A DNA stretch of 64,000 nt from Candidatus Cloacimonadales bacterium (GTDB lineage: Bacteria; Cloacimonadota; Cloacimonadia; Cloacimonadales; JAFGVF01): contig CAXXJV010000001.1 in the NCBI GenBank assembly GCA_963663475.2, positions 736,001 through 800,000 of the forward strand. Reading direction: 5' to 3'. Below are positions 20,601-30,619 of this stretch, in pieces. The position numbers and the translations under genes were made by a program. Each line of letters opens with the position of its first letter. The first letter of the stretch is position 1. The notes under the pieces are model-generated. The model worked only from the letters and a program-made list of their open reading frames with translations. It was not told where the DNA came from and did no database searches.

Positions 20601-21887
20601 ATCGTTGGTAAAATAACACCTAAGTCTGTTGAAATTGATCCTTCTCCAGAAGAAAACTTAATGAGAGCTCTCTTTGGTGATCGAGCTGGTGACTATACTA
20701 ATAGTTCATTAAAAGCAAAACCTGGAATGGAAGGTGTTGTTCTTGATGTAAAAGTTTTCTCTCGTTATGAAGATATTATTGAATTTGAAGAAGATCATAA
20801 GGCTCAAATAGCTAAACTTAAAAAAGATAATATAGAAAGAAAGAAAAAGATCGAAAACTTTAAGAAAGAGAAACTTAGTGAACTTCTATTAGGACAGGTT
20901 GCTAAGAACATCGTTGATTCTAAAGATGGTAGATTCTATATTCTTTCTGGAAAGAAAATTACTGCTTCTGACTTAGAAAAGATTAACTTCTCAAGAGTTA
21001 ATTTAGAAGTTGAGATGGTGGCAGATCCTGAGAAATATAAAGAGATATACAAAACTGTAGCTTTGAAAGCAAATGAAGCTATGGAAGAGAGCGAAAATAT
21101 CTATAAGAAGTCAAGAGATAGAATCAAACATGGTGATGAACTTCCTTATGGTGTTCGCAAAATGGTCAAAGTCTATATTGCTAAAAAGAGAAAAATTCAA
21201 GTTGGTGATAAGATGGCTGGACGTCATGGTAACAAAGGTGTTATATCTATCGTTGCTCCAATTGAAGATATGCCATTCATGAGCGACGGTACTCCAGTTG
21301 ATATCGTACTTAATCCACTTGGTGTTCCTTCTCGTATGAATATCGGACAGATCATGGAAACTCACCTTGGTATGGCAGCTAAAACTTTAGGATTCCATGT
21401 GGAAACTCCTATATTTGATGGTGCTAAAATTGAGGATATTGAAGCTGAACTTAGAGAGGCTAATTTACCTACTGATGGTAAACAAGTCCTATATGATGGA
21501 AAAACTGGTGAACCTTTCAAAGAAAGAGTTACTGTTGGCGTCATGTATATGATGAAACTTAATCACTTGGTTGCAGATAAAATGCATGCCCGTTCAACTG
21601 GGCCATACTCATTGATTACCCAACAACCTCTTGGTGGTAAGGCTCAACATGGTGGACAACGTCTTGGAGAGATGGAAGTCTGGGCTTTAGAAGCTTATGG
21701 TGCTGCCCATCTTTTAGAAGAGATGTTAACAATCAAATCTGATGATGTCGATGGAAGAACTAATGCTTTCAAAGCGATAACCAATGGACAGAACCCACCT
21801 GCACCAGGTACTCCAGAATCATTTAATGTCTTAATTAGTGAATTAAAGTCTCTTGCTTTTGATATAGAGTTCTTAAAAGATGAGTAG
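17643..21887 (+). CDS. rpoB: RNA polymerase beta subunit, with lineage-specific inserts
   Basis: GTFVINGAER, SQFMDQTNPL, GDKMAGRHGNKG and GEMEVWALEAYG motifs. Confidence 0.99.
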   Translation: MKKFKSYSRISKKFIELGIPQVEVPNLLSMQVDSFEDFIQKDVHPQQRTNFGLQAVFENLFPITDPKENYELEFVEYRILKEKYSIDECIERNLSYQVPLKIKLRLKVYEVDENESFDIIVDSVGSNTNDVKQFLITGLNWDEVSATNILEAVETNEDTNRIINSCDEAEDAKQILNTLKTFGVTGRIQKRIDKTRTLRDIMEQEVFLGDIPLITEQGTFVINGAERVIISQLQRSPGVYFSEEKHPSGKMLISSKIIPYNGSWLEFHIDIHDVVFVNIDKRRKLPVSILLRAVGYIPDNYTEIPEARETLRLSDEKGNVSLKAKNSYAYADIYDPREGREDQILVKAKTKLNNEIVEELLSAGIIEIDTINNKYISTDTVLREIFYDIEEISTNKAEKRFTAYEIIASDGSLLAEANTEIDKELIKDLIDCGIKKVKVVSEESDFNRKILEKTLLKDPTRNQEEAAQKIYSLVRPGEDEVPIENAMDLIDKMFFNSKRYNLGNVGRHKLNAKLGFEPDYGTNVLTQKDFTEIIHYMIAIFKDEKDIDDIDHLANRRVRTVGELLEEQYKTGLSMIARIALERMAIANPDEVTVHDLINSNALITVIDSFFLTGQLSQFMDQTNPLSALTHKRRLSALGPGGLARDRAGFEVRDIHYSHYGRICPIETPEGPSIGLLNSPAIYSRINEFGFLETPYIRVENGVITNRVDYLDAHEEDKYIIAQHVNIDDDLVITDKYIFAREKDEYVNVTPEQIDYIDVSPQQVVSVSAALVPFLEHDDANRALMGSNMQRQSVPLLNPQTPIIGTGIEKIVARESGAVILAKYNGEVTNVTAEYIDIKPDASNDDIDLIREERVYLKKYVRSNQDTCINQRPIVKIGDKVTKGQPISDGPGIEGDRLALGSNMVVAFMPWYGYNYEDAIILSEHVARKDTLTSIYIEELEVLVRDLKNGKEELASDIPNVPVNSLRNLDKSGIIRVGSVITAGDVIVGKITPKSVEIDPSPEENLMRALFGDRAGDYTNSSLKAKPGMEGVVLDVKVFSRYEDIIEFEEDHKAQIAKLKKDNIERKKKIENFKKEKLSELLLGQVAKNIVDSKDGRFYILSGKKITASDLEKINFSRVNLEVEMVADPEKYKEIYKTVALKANEAMEESENIYKKSRDRIKHGDELPYGVRKMVKVYIAKKRKIQVGDKMAGRHGNKGVISIVAPIEDMPFMSDGTPVDIVLNPLGVPSRMNIGQIMETHLGMAAKTLGFHVETPIFDGAKIEDIEAELREANLPTDGKQVLYDGKTGEPFKERVTVGVMYMMKLNHLVADKMHARSTGPYSLITQQPLGGKAQHGGQRLGEMEVWALEAYGAAHLLEEMLTIKSDDVDGRTNAFKAITNGQNPPAPGTPESFNVLISELKSLAFDIEFLKDE

Positions 21888-21919
21888 AAATCGTTGGAAC
21901 AGAAACGGAGGATTTCTCA

Positions 21920-24900
21920 GTGAATAGAAATATTAAACGAGAAAAAAAGATAGAAAATTATGATGCCGTTCGTATTCGTATTGCGTCACCAGATGCAATA
22001 AGATCTTGGTCTTATGGAGAAGTCGTAAAACCAGATACACTAAATTACCGTACTTTAAAACCGGAAAAAGATGGTCTCTTCTGTGAAAGAATTTTTGGAC
22101 CAGAGAAAGACTACGAATGCTCATGTGGAAAGTATAAGAAAAAAAGATTTGCAGGTACTATATGCGACCGTTGTGGAGTAGAAGTTACTTCCTCACGAGT
22201 AAGAAGAACACGTATGGGGCACATTGAATTAGCTGTTCCAGTTGCTCATATCTCATTCGTGAAAAGTGCTCCAAGTAAAATTGGAACATTGTTAGGTCTA
22301 ACTATTAGTAACCTTGAGAAAATCTTAGTATATGAATCTTATGTTGTCTTAAATCCAGGAGACCAAGATTATAGTGTAAACGAATTAATCGATACTGAAG
22401 AGTTTTATGAAATACGTGACCAAGTTTCACGTGACCCAAACTTCTCAGCAAAGATTGGTGCAGAAGCAGTTAAAGAAATGCTTCAATCATTAAATCTTGA
22501 TGATATAGCTGCTGATTTAAGAACCCGTATCAAATGGGAAACTTCAACCATGCGTAAGCAAAAGATGATTAAGCGTCTCAAAGTTGTTGAGGCTTTCAGA
22601 CAGTCTGGTAATAAACCAGAATGGATGATATTAGAAGTATTACCTGTACTTCCTCCAACTTTAAGACCATTAGTACCTCTTGATGGTGGTAAGTTTGCAA
22701 CAGCTGACTTTAATGATTTATACAGACGTGTTATCACTAGAAATAATAGATTAAAAGGTCTTATTGAAATAAGAGCACCTGAGGTTATTCTTAGGAATGA
22801 AAAGAGAATGCTACAGGAAGCTGTTGATGCTTTAATTGATAATTCCAAGAAAGCAAGACCTGTTAAAGGTAGAGGAAACAGAGCTCTAAAGAGTCTTACC
22901 GACCAACTCAAAGGTAAGCAAGGTCGTTTCCGTCAAAACCTCTTAGGTAAACGTGTAGATTACTCAGGACGTTCAGTTATAACTGTTGGTCCTCACCTAA
23001 AAATCTATGAAATGGGTTTACCTAAAGATATGGCTGTTGAGCTTTTCAAACCATTTATAATTGAAAGATTAGAGAAAATGGGAACTGCTGAAAAAACTAA
23101 AACAGCTAAAAAAATGGTAGAAAAAAAACAGCCTGAAATCTGGAAGATCTTAGAAGAAATTATTCAAGATTATCCTGTAATGTTAAACCGTGCTCCTACT
23201 CTTCACAGACTAGGTATTCAAGCTTTTATGCCTGTTTTAACAGAAGGAAAGTCTTTACAGTTACATCCTATGGTTTGTACACCTTTCAATGCTGACTTTG
23301 ATGGTGACCAAATGGGTTGTTATATCCCTCTATCTCAAGAAGCAAGAATGGAAGCAAGAATCTTGATGCTATCATCAAGAAACTTATTACTTCCAGCTAG
23401 TGGACGCCTAGCTATGGCTCCTTCACAAGATATTGTGCTTGGTTGCTTCTATTTGACTATGGAAGGATCTCCTCAACCTAAAGAGGAAGAGGAAATTAAC
23501 AAACTTAAATGGTTTGGTTCTGCCGAAGAAATGGTGAATTATTACGAAAGCGAAGAAATGCTCTTTGACCAGAAAAGAGAATCTGAAGCAATGAGAGCTG
23601 AAGATGTTAGTAAAAGAACAATAAATCTTCATACTTGGATTCGGATTAAAATTAAAGGAAAATGGATTGTTACTACTGTTGGTAGAGTTCTCTTTAATGA
23701 AGCTTTACCAGAGGCAATTCCTTTCCAAAACAAGGTATTTGATAAAGGTTCCTTAAATGACTTAGCTATGGTTTGTTTCCATCAGGTAGGACAATGGGAA
23801 ACTGCTATCTTCCTTGATAAAATGAAAGAAACAGGTTTCAAATATGCTACTCGTGGTGGTATCACATTTAGTTTTGGTGATATTATTGTTCCCGAGAAGA
23901 AATATGAAATCATTGAAAATACTCAGAAAATCGTTGATGAAATAACTGATACCTATAATATGGGTATTATTACTGATAGTGAACGCTCATCACGTGTTGT
24001 GGATAGCTGGAAAATTGCTACTGAAGAGGTTACTGATAGCTTAATGGATGAGCTTAAAGTAAGTGAAGGTGGATATAACTCAATTTATATGATGTATCTA
24101 TCTGGTGCTCGTGGTAGTAAAACTCAGATTAAACAGCTTGGTGGTATGCGTGGTCTTATGGATAAACCATCAGCTAAGGGTGGTGGAAACGAAGTTATTG
24201 AAACACCTATTAAATCAAACTTTAAAGAAGGTTTGAGCGTGTTAGAATTCTTCATTTCTACTCACGGATCTAGAAAAGGTCTTGCTGATACAGCTTTGAA
24301 AACAGCTGGTGCTGGTTACCTGACAAGAAGACTAGTTGACGTAGCTCAAAACTCTATGATTGTAGAAGATGATTGTGGTACTATTGATGGTATCGTGATG
24401 TCTGCTTTAAAAGAGGGTAATGAGGTTATTGAATCTTTGAAAGATAGAATTACTGGTAGAACTGCAGTTGATGATGTTGAAGACCCAAGAACAGGTAAAA
24501 TCATTGTCCATGCTGGAGAGGAAATCTCAGGTGAAACTGCGGAAACTATCCAAAAACATGGTGTTTTAAGTGTGAGAGTTAGATCAGTTCTAACTTGTCA
24601 ATCAGAGAAAGGTGTTTGTGCTAAATGTTACGGTATTAACCTTTCAACCCACAAACCTGTGTCTGCTGGTGAACCTGTTGGTATCATCGCTGCCCAGTCT
24701 ATTGGTGAACCTGGTACTCAATTGACACTTAGAACTTTCCATATTGGTGGTACTGCTTCTACTGATGTTGATTCTGCTTCCGTTGAAGCTAAAAATGATG
24801 GTTATATCAGATTTGATAATGTTCAGTTTGTTGTAGATAGTCAAGGACAGATGATTTCATCTTCTCACTTGGGTAAGCTATTTGTTGTTCCTGAACCAGA

Positions 24901-26665
24901 TTCTGATATTATCTTAGAAGAATATAAAGTTGAATATGCTGCTATTATTGAAGTTAAAGATGGACAAAAAGTCGTAGCAGATACAAAATTATTCTCTTGG
25001 GATCAATATAATAATACTCTTATTTCAACTGTTAAAGGTGTTCTTTATTATGATAACTTTGTGAAAAATGTTACCTATAAAGAAGAATTTAATGATTTAA
25101 CAGGATCTAAAGAGCTTACTATTATTGAATCTAAAGATAGAATTCAACCACAGTTCAAAATTGAAACAGAAGATGGACAGACTGTTCTAGTTCCACTTCA
25201 AACTGGTTTGAGCGTCTTGGTTGATAATGAACAAACTGTTCAAGTTGGACAGAAAATCGGTCAAACATCACGTGTTACTATTAAACAGGGTGATATTACT
25301 GGTGGTCTTCCACGAGTTGAAGACCTCTTTGAAGCTAGAATACCTAAAGAAAAAGCTGTTATCTCTGAGATTGAAGGTAGAATCTCTATCGGTAATCTAA
25401 AACGTAATGGCCGTGATATTTATATCACTCCTCCTACTGGTATTTTCGCCCTAGAAGATGGTGTAATGCAAGCTGTAGATGATCTTCCTTTAATTTCATC
25501 TAGTAACATTATAAAATCTGGAAATGAAACTCTTTCTCCTGTTACAGGAACCATCATTGCTATTGAAAGTATTAATAAGATGGCTAAAGTTTCAATTAAA
25601 GATGATGAAGGTAATGTCAGCCTTGTAGAATGCGAAGATGGTCAAGATATCGGTTTACTTACTTACGTTGGACAGAGAGTTCAAAAAGATGATGCTATTG
25701 CTGGTGCAAAAACTTACTCACCAACTATTAGGCTTATACCTGCTAGTGGCGTGAAAGCTAAATCTGCTGGCAAAGTTGTCAAAATTGAAAAAGTCGAGAA
25801 TGGTTTTGAAGTAACTGTAGAACCAAAATCTACAAAGAAATCAACCGCTACTGTTTATACAATAAGTGACGGACATAAACCATTCAACCTTCTTGGTAGT
25901 AATGTTAAAAAGAATGATATCTTAGGTGGATATGTACATTATATTGCCACTGGACAAGAAGCAATCCTACCTAGTGGAACAAAAGTTACTAAAGGTCAAG
26001 CCCTAGCTGGTAGAAACCATGTAATTCCAATAGGTAAAAGAATTATTATTCACGAAGGTGATAATGTTAATTCTGGTACTGCCCTATGTGATGGACCTAT
26101 TGATCCTCACGATATTCTTAGAATTCGTGGTATCAAAGAATCCCAAAAACTTATTCTTGATGAAATCCAAGAAGTTTATCGTAAACAAGGTGTGAAAATC
26201 GATGATAAACACATCGGTATTATTGTGAGACAGATGTTCAAGAAAGTTAAAATTCTTGATCCTGGTGATACTTATTTCCTTGAAGGCGATACAGTTGATA
26301 AACTTATCGCAACTAAAGAAAATGCTAGACAAGAAGGATTAGGTGGCAAAGGTGCTACATTCGAACAACTTCTTCTTGGTATTACCAAAACTTCTTTGTT
26401 GACAGAATCATGGCTTTCTGCAGCTTCGTTCATGGAGACTACAAAGGTCCTAACTCAAGCTGCTGTTGAAGGCAAAGTTGATAACTTAGAAGGTCTCAAA
26501 GAAAGCATAATCCTTGGTCACAAAATCCCTGTTGGTACAGGCTCTAAGTTCTATACTAACAAGATCAAGGAACTAGAAAAAAGCGGCAAAACGGTTGCCG
26601 AAATGGTTGAGCTTTTAGCTCACAAATCTGATGACGAGTCCATGGAAGACTTGTTAGACTTTTAA
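21920..26665 (+). CDS. rpoC: RNA polymerase beta' subunit, with trigger-loop and jaw inserts
   Basis: N-terminal Zn ribbon, NADFDGDQM, GYLTRRL and GEPGTQLTLRTFH motifs. Confidence 0.99.
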   Translation: MNRNIKREKKIENYDAVRIRIASPDAIRSWSYGEVVKPDTLNYRTLKPEKDGLFCERIFGPEKDYECSCGKYKKKRFAGTICDRCGVEVTSSRVRRTRMGHIELAVPVAHISFVKSAPSKIGTLLGLTISNLEKILVYESYVVLNPGDQDYSVNELIDTEEFYEIRDQVSRDPNFSAKIGAEAVKEMLQSLNLDDIAADLRTRIKWETSTMRKQKMIKRLKVVEAFRQSGNKPEWMILEVLPVLPPTLRPLVPLDGGKFATADFNDLYRRVITRNNRLKGLIEIRAPEVILRNEKRMLQEAVDALIDNSKKARPVKGRGNRALKSLTDQLKGKQGRFRQNLLGKRVDYSGRSVITVGPHLKIYEMGLPKDMAVELFKPFIIERLEKMGTAEKTKTAKKMVEKKQPEIWKILEEIIQDYPVMLNRAPTLHRLGIQAFMPVLTEGKSLQLHPMVCTPFNADFDGDQMGCYIPLSQEARMEARILMLSSRNLLLPASGRLAMAPSQDIVLGCFYLTMEGSPQPKEEEEINKLKWFGSAEEMVNYYESEEMLFDQKRESEAMRAEDVSKRTINLHTWIRIKIKGKWIVTTVGRVLFNEALPEAIPFQNKVFDKGSLNDLAMVCFHQVGQWETAIFLDKMKETGFKYATRGGITFSFGDIIVPEKKYEIIENTQKIVDEITDTYNMGIITDSERSSRVVDSWKIATEEVTDSLMDELKVSEGGYNSIYMMYLSGARGSKTQIKQLGGMRGLMDKPSAKGGGNEVIETPIKSNFKEGLSVLEFFISTHGSRKGLADTALKTAGAGYLTRRLVDVAQNSMIVEDDCGTIDGIVMSALKEGNEVIESLKDRITGRTAVDDVEDPRTGKIIVHAGEEISGETAETIQKHGVLSVRVRSVLTCQSEKGVCAKCYGINLSTHKPVSAGEPVGIIAAQSIGEPGTQLTLRTFHIGGTASTDVDSASVEAKNDGYIRFDNVQFVVDSQGQMISSSHLGKLFVVPEPDSDIILEEYKVEYAAIIEVKDGQKVVADTKLFSWDQYNNTLISTVKGVLYYDNFVKNVTYKEEFNDLTGSKELTIIESKDRIQPQFKIETEDGQTVLVPLQTGLSVLVDNEQTVQVGQKIGQTSRVTIKQGDITGGLPRVEDLFEARIPKEKAVISEIEGRISIGNLKRNGRDIYITPPTGIFALEDGVMQAVDDLPLISSSNIIKSGNETLSPVTGTIIAIESINKMAKVSIKDDEGNVSLVECEDGQDIGLLTYVGQRVQKDDAIAGAKTYSPTIRLIPASGVKAKSAGKVVKIEKVENGFEVTVEPKSTKKSTATVYTISDGHKPFNLLGSNVKKNDILGGYVHYIATGQEAILPSGTKVTKGQALAGRNHVIPIGKRIIIHEGDNVNSGTALCDGPIDPHDILRIRGIKESQKLILDEIQEVYRKQGVKIDDKHIGIIVRQMFKKVKILDPGDTYFLEGDTVDKLIATKENARQEGLGGKGATFEQLLLGITKTSLLTESWLSAASFMETTKVLTQAAVEGKVDNLEGLKESIILGHKIPVGTGSKFYTNKIKELEKSGKTVAEMVELLAHKSDDESMEDLLDF

Positions 26666-26684
26666 TAAAGGATGGAGGTAGATT

Positions 26685-27059
26685 GTGCCTACAATTAACC
26701 AGTTAATTAGAAAAGGTAGAAAATCGGTTGAGAAAAAGAAAAACAACCGCGCATTAAATAGTTGCCCACAGAGAAGGGGTGTTTGTACAAGAGTGTACAC
26801 AACAACACCTAAGAAACCTAACTCAGCCTTGCGTAAGGTTGCTCGTGTTCGTTTATCTAACGGTATTGAAGTTACTGCTTATATACCAGGTGAAGGACAT
26901 AACTTACAAGAGCATTCACTTGTATTAGTTCGTGGTGGTCGTGTTAAGGATTTACCTGGTGTGAGATATCACATCGTTCGTGGATCTTTAGACTGTTCAG
27001 GTGTTGAAAACAGAACTAAATCTCGTTCTAAATACGGAACAAGACGACCAAAAAAATAG
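26685..27059 (+). CDS. rpsL: 30S ribosomal protein S12
   Basis: [10 protein letters not shown] and [10 protein letters not shown] motifs. Confidence 0.99.
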   Translation: MPTINQLIRKGRKSVEKKKNNRALNSCPQRRGVCTRVYTTTPKKPNSALRKVARVRLSNGIEVTAYIPGEGHNLQEHSLVLVRGGRVKDLPGVRYHIVRGSLDCSGVENRTKSRSKYGTRRPKK

Positions 27060-27068
27060 GAGAATGAT

Positions 27069-27539
27069 ATGCCAAGAAAACGCAAAGCCATAGAAAGAAC
27101 AGTATTACCTGATCCAAAATATAATGATGTAATACTCAGTAAATTCATCAACGGTGTAATGGAAGATGGAAAAAAATCTATTGCAGAACAAATTGTTTAT
27201 GGAGCATTTGAAATAATTGAAGAGAAAATGAAAAAAGATCCTCTTGAAGTATTTAAAGAAGCATTAACTAATGCTAGACCTCTTGTAAAAGTTACTTCTC
27301 GTCGTGTTGGTGGTGCTAACTACCAAGTTCCTGAAGAAGTTTCTGAAAAAGCTGGTAGAGCTATTGCATTCAGATGGATCATCTCAGTTGCTCGTAATCG
27401 TAATGAAAAGAACATGAGAGATAAATTAGCTGCAGAGTTAATGGCTATCTATAAAAAAGAGGGTGCAACTATCAAGAAAAGAGAAGACACTCACAAAATG
27501 GCTGAAGCTAACAAAGCTTTTGCTCACTTAAGATTCTAA
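27069..27539 (+). CDS. rpsG: 30S ribosomal protein S7
   Basis: RRVGGANYQVP and HKMAEANKAFAH motifs. Confidence 0.99.
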   Translation: MPRKRKAIERTVLPDPKYNDVILSKFINGVMEDGKKSIAEQIVYGAFEIIEEKMKKDPLEVFKEALTNARPLVKVTSRRVGGANYQVPEEVSEKAGRAIAFRWIISVARNRNEKNMRDKLAAELMAIYKKEGATIKKREDTHKMAEANKAFAHLRF

Positions 27540-27556
27540 GTAAATTAGATATATAT

Positions 27557-27587
27557 AAAGCGGAAGATTATCTTCCGCTTTTTTTTT
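27557..27587 (+). terminator. Intrinsic terminator after rpsG
   Basis: AAAGCGGAAGA-TTA-TCTTCCGCTTT followed by a T-run. Confidence 0.9.
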
Positions 27588-27873
27588 GTTTACCCAGAAT
27601 CTTATCTGAGACGATAGGCTGAAAGAAGTCTTGACATCTAACCGGCAAGAAATCATAGTTAGTAATAATTCCAAATAAGGCATAGGCTTTTGCTAAAAGA
27701 ATTGGCACTCTTCTCTATAGCTCTACTACACTATCTGAGTTAATCACTGTATTTCATCTCAATATATTTGCTACTCAGCAAGCATTATAAGTAAAAATCA
27801 AATAAAAACTTGCCAAAAAAAGCTCTTTATCCTAAATAAGGAAAATGGAAATTAGTTACTTAGGAAAGAAAAT

Positions 27874-29682
27874 TTGAAAATAAATAGATTACTGCTTATT
27901 ATTATATCACTCTTTGGTCTTACACTTCTTTTAAGTGAAGAACCAATTCTTCATTATCTACTTGAGCCTGGTAAACTGTCTTATCATGTTGTAGAAAAGA
28001 AGGATATATTAAATACAGACAATCTAAATTCTGATTTATTAAATTGGAAAGAGATTGATTATCTGACTTACAAAGAGAAAAAGACAATAGATAAACTCCT
28101 TTATAGATTAGAGTTACCTGATAGTCTCTCAACAGATAAAAACCGAGTATTCTTTATCGGTTATTACACCCCTTTTAGGGTTTATTATAATTCTCAAGAA
28201 GTTTATGCCGATACAAGTCGGTCACAATTTGTTCATCTCTTTACCTTAGATTATTCGCAGGATGAGAGATTTGTATATTTTTTATACGACGAAGTAATTG
28301 CTGGTTATCCAGTTCCCTTTTCTCTTGTTTTTTTAAATGAAGACTTAACTGATACCCCATTCGTATATTTGATTATAGAACTTATCTTTGTTCAAATGCT
28401 CAACTATTCAGTATCCATCTTCTTCTTTCTAATTTCCTTGATAAGTCTCTTTCTTCTTCTGAGAAGCTCAAAATCTATAAAAAAATACGTTTTTGCTGTC
28501 TTTATCTATTCTCTTATTATTGGATTAGATCATGGGCTAAACACCCTGCTTATGGCCTATTTTGGAATATCTCCTAAAATATTCTATTGGATAGATTCAA
28601 TGATGTTCCAACTCTTCTTAATAATGATTGTTACAATGGCCGATTATGTTTTTTCAGATGGTAGATCAAGATTCTTACGCTTTTTAAAATATCTAATTAT
28701 TGCTATAACAATAGTTAATTTCCTTGTTACTAATTATGTTCAATTTTATAAAATATTCGATTTCTTCAACATTTCCCTCTATATTACTACTATACTTTAT
28801 CTCATCTTCTACCTAATCAAAAAGTTTAAATATATTAGGGAGAAACTAAACATCTTTATAGCTTTAATCTTTATTCTAGCTCCTCTATTAATGTTTGTAA
28901 CCAGAAATTTTAAATATGTACCTTATATATCTTCAGTATATGTTTTAATCTCAGTTTCTATCCTCTATATTTTTGTTTATAACTTCTTTGCTAGGTTTAG
29001 GAAAAATGAAGCAAGCTTGGTAAATACCAAGATTGATTTACAGGAAAAGGAAAATGAAATTCTTAGACTTGAGAAAGATAGACTGAAAAAAAGTGTATCA
29101 CACCTCAAAGGCCAGTTAAATCCTCACTTCTTATTTAATAGCTTATCTACTCTTACAGGGATTATTCCTACTGATACAGACAAAGCTGTAAGTTATGTAG
29201 AAGAACTATCAAATATGTATCGCTACATTTTGCAAACAGATAATAAAGAACTCATTGATTTAGAATCTGAACTTGAACTTTTAGATTCCTATAATTACTT
29301 AGTAAGTATGAAATATGGTAAGAATTACCAGCTAGATGTCAATATAGATGATGATTATCTAGACTGTAAATTACCACCTCTCTCTATTCAAACCATGATC
29401 GAAAATATATTTAAGCATAACACTATTGATCAGAATCATAAAATGAAGATTGACATTTTTATTGATAGTATGTATATTGTAATTATCAATGATATTCATA
29501 AAAAAGAATCAGCTTTCCAATATAAAGAAAAGAAAGCTGGTATTGGTCAGCAAAACATTACAGCTATTTATCAATATTATAGTGAAAGAAAGCCTATTTA
29601 TGAGATAAAGAATAATAAATACATTGTTAAAATACCCCTAATAAATAAGGATGTACAATATGTTAAAGATATTAATTATTGA
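27874..29682 (+). CDS. LytS/YehU-family membrane sensor histidine kinase
   Basis: Multi-TM region, LKGQLNPHFLFNSL (His_kinase), ENIFKHN and GIG--NI motifs. Confidence 0.9.
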   Translation: MKINRLLLIIISLFGLTLLLSEEPILHYLLEPGKLSYHVVEKKDILNTDNLNSDLLNWKEIDYLTYKEKKTIDKLLYRLELPDSLSTDKNRVFFIGYYTPFRVYYNSQEVYADTSRSQFVHLFTLDYSQDERFVYFLYDEVIAGYPVPFSLVFLNEDLTDTPFVYLIIELIFVQMLNYSVSIFFFLISLISLFLLLRSSKSIKKYVFAVFIYSLIIGLDHGLNTLLMAYFGISPKIFYWIDSMMFQLFLIMIVTMADYVFSDGRSRFLRFLKYLIIAITIVNFLVTNYVQFYKIFDFFNISLYITTILYLIFYLIKKFKYIREKLNIFIALIFILAPLLMFVTRNFKYVPYISSVYVLISVSILYIFVYNFFARFRKNEASLVNTKIDLQEKENEILRLEKDRLKKSVSHLKGQLNPHFLFNSLSTLTGIIPTDTDKAVSYVEELSNMYRYILQTDNKELIDLESELELLDSYNYLVSMKYGKNYQLDVNIDDDYLDCKLPPLSIQTMIENIFKHNTIDQNHKMKIDIFIDSMYIVIINDIHKKESAFQYKEKKAGIGQQNITAIYQYYSERKPIYEIKNNKYIVKIPLINKDVQYVKDINY

Positions 29683-30448
29683 AGATGAAGAAATAATTGC
29701 CCAAAGATTAGTACAGTTGCTTGATCAGATTAATTTTGATTACCAATTATGTAAGATTATTGGGTCAGTTCAAGAATCTATTGAGTGGTTATCAGAAAAT
29801 GAACATCCAGATCTTATTTTTGCTGATATACAACTTTCTGATGGAAATAGCTTCTCAATTTTTAAAGCCATAAATGTTAGCTCAAAAATTATCTTTACTA
29901 CCTCTTATGATGAGTTTGCTCTTGATGCTTTTAAAGTTAATAGTATAGATTACCTGCTCAAACCTATCACAGCAAAAAAACTTGAAAAATCATTTGCTAA
30001 GCTGGAAGAGATGTCCAAAATATTTTCCCAAGATAATGAAAATGGGGTAGAGAATAATCAAAATGAAATTAATAATTTACTAGAGTACCTAGATACTAAG
30101 GATAAAGACTATAGAAATAGATTCTTAATTAAAATGGGTAATGCTTATAAATCGATTCCTGCTAACGAAATTGCTTACTTCTTTGTTTCAAATAAAACGA
30201 CATATTTACTAACATTTAATAAGAAAAAATACTCTCTAGATACACCTTTAGATGAGCTAGACAAAGAGTTAGATCCAAAACTATTCTTTAGAATAAACCG
30301 CCAAATGATAATCAATATTAATGCTATAAAAGAAATTCATACCTTCTTCAATAGCAGACTTCTCTTAAACATTGAACCAGAATTTGATGAAGATGTTCTA
30401 GTTACCAGGTCTAATATAGCAAACTTTAAAGAGTGGATGAATACTTAA
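29660..30448 (+). CDS. LytTR-family response regulator (start 29660 or 29651)
   Basis: REC domain (IIEDE, DIQLSDG, YLLKP) plus LytTR domain (FFRINRQ). Confidence 0.92.
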   Translation: MLKILIIEDEEIIAQRLVQLLDQINFDYQLCKIIGSVQESIEWLSENEHPDLIFADIQLSDGNSFSIFKAINVSSKIIFTTSYDEFALDAFKVNSIDYLLKPITAKKLEKSFAKLEEMSKIFSQDNENGVENNQNEINNLLEYLDTKDKDYRNRFLIKMGNAYKSIPANEIAYFFVSNKTTYLLTFNKKKYSLDTPLDELDKELDPKLFFRINRQMIININAIKEIHTFFNSRLLLNIEPEFDEDVLVTRSNIANFKEWMNT

Positions 30449-30549
30449 ACCCAAATAAAGCTCTACTGCATTATTGGTTAAAATCCTACTACACTACTTA
30501 GGATAATCCACTTTGTTTTCTCTAGGAAAGGGAGGAAGAAAAAAAATAT

Positions 30550-30591
30550 TTGACAAATTAACTAAACGATTAATATTTACCATATAGTTAA
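30550..30591 (+). promoter_or_regulatory. Putative promoter with paired TetR operator-like sites
   Basis: TTGACA at 30550, then two related imperfect palindromes, TTAACTAAACGATTAA and TTTACCATATAGTTAA, upstream of a TetR gene. Confidence 0.45.
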
Positions 30592-30619
30592 AATTTATAT
30601 TAAATCTTAAGAGGTAAAT

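Noticed and set aside
13471-27151. Antisense and alternate-frame ORFs inside tuf, rpl, rpoB, rpoC and rpsL (and similar ones in murA, mnmA, recA, ptb, istA)
   Set aside because: Shadow ORFs of strongly conserved genes caused by codon bias.
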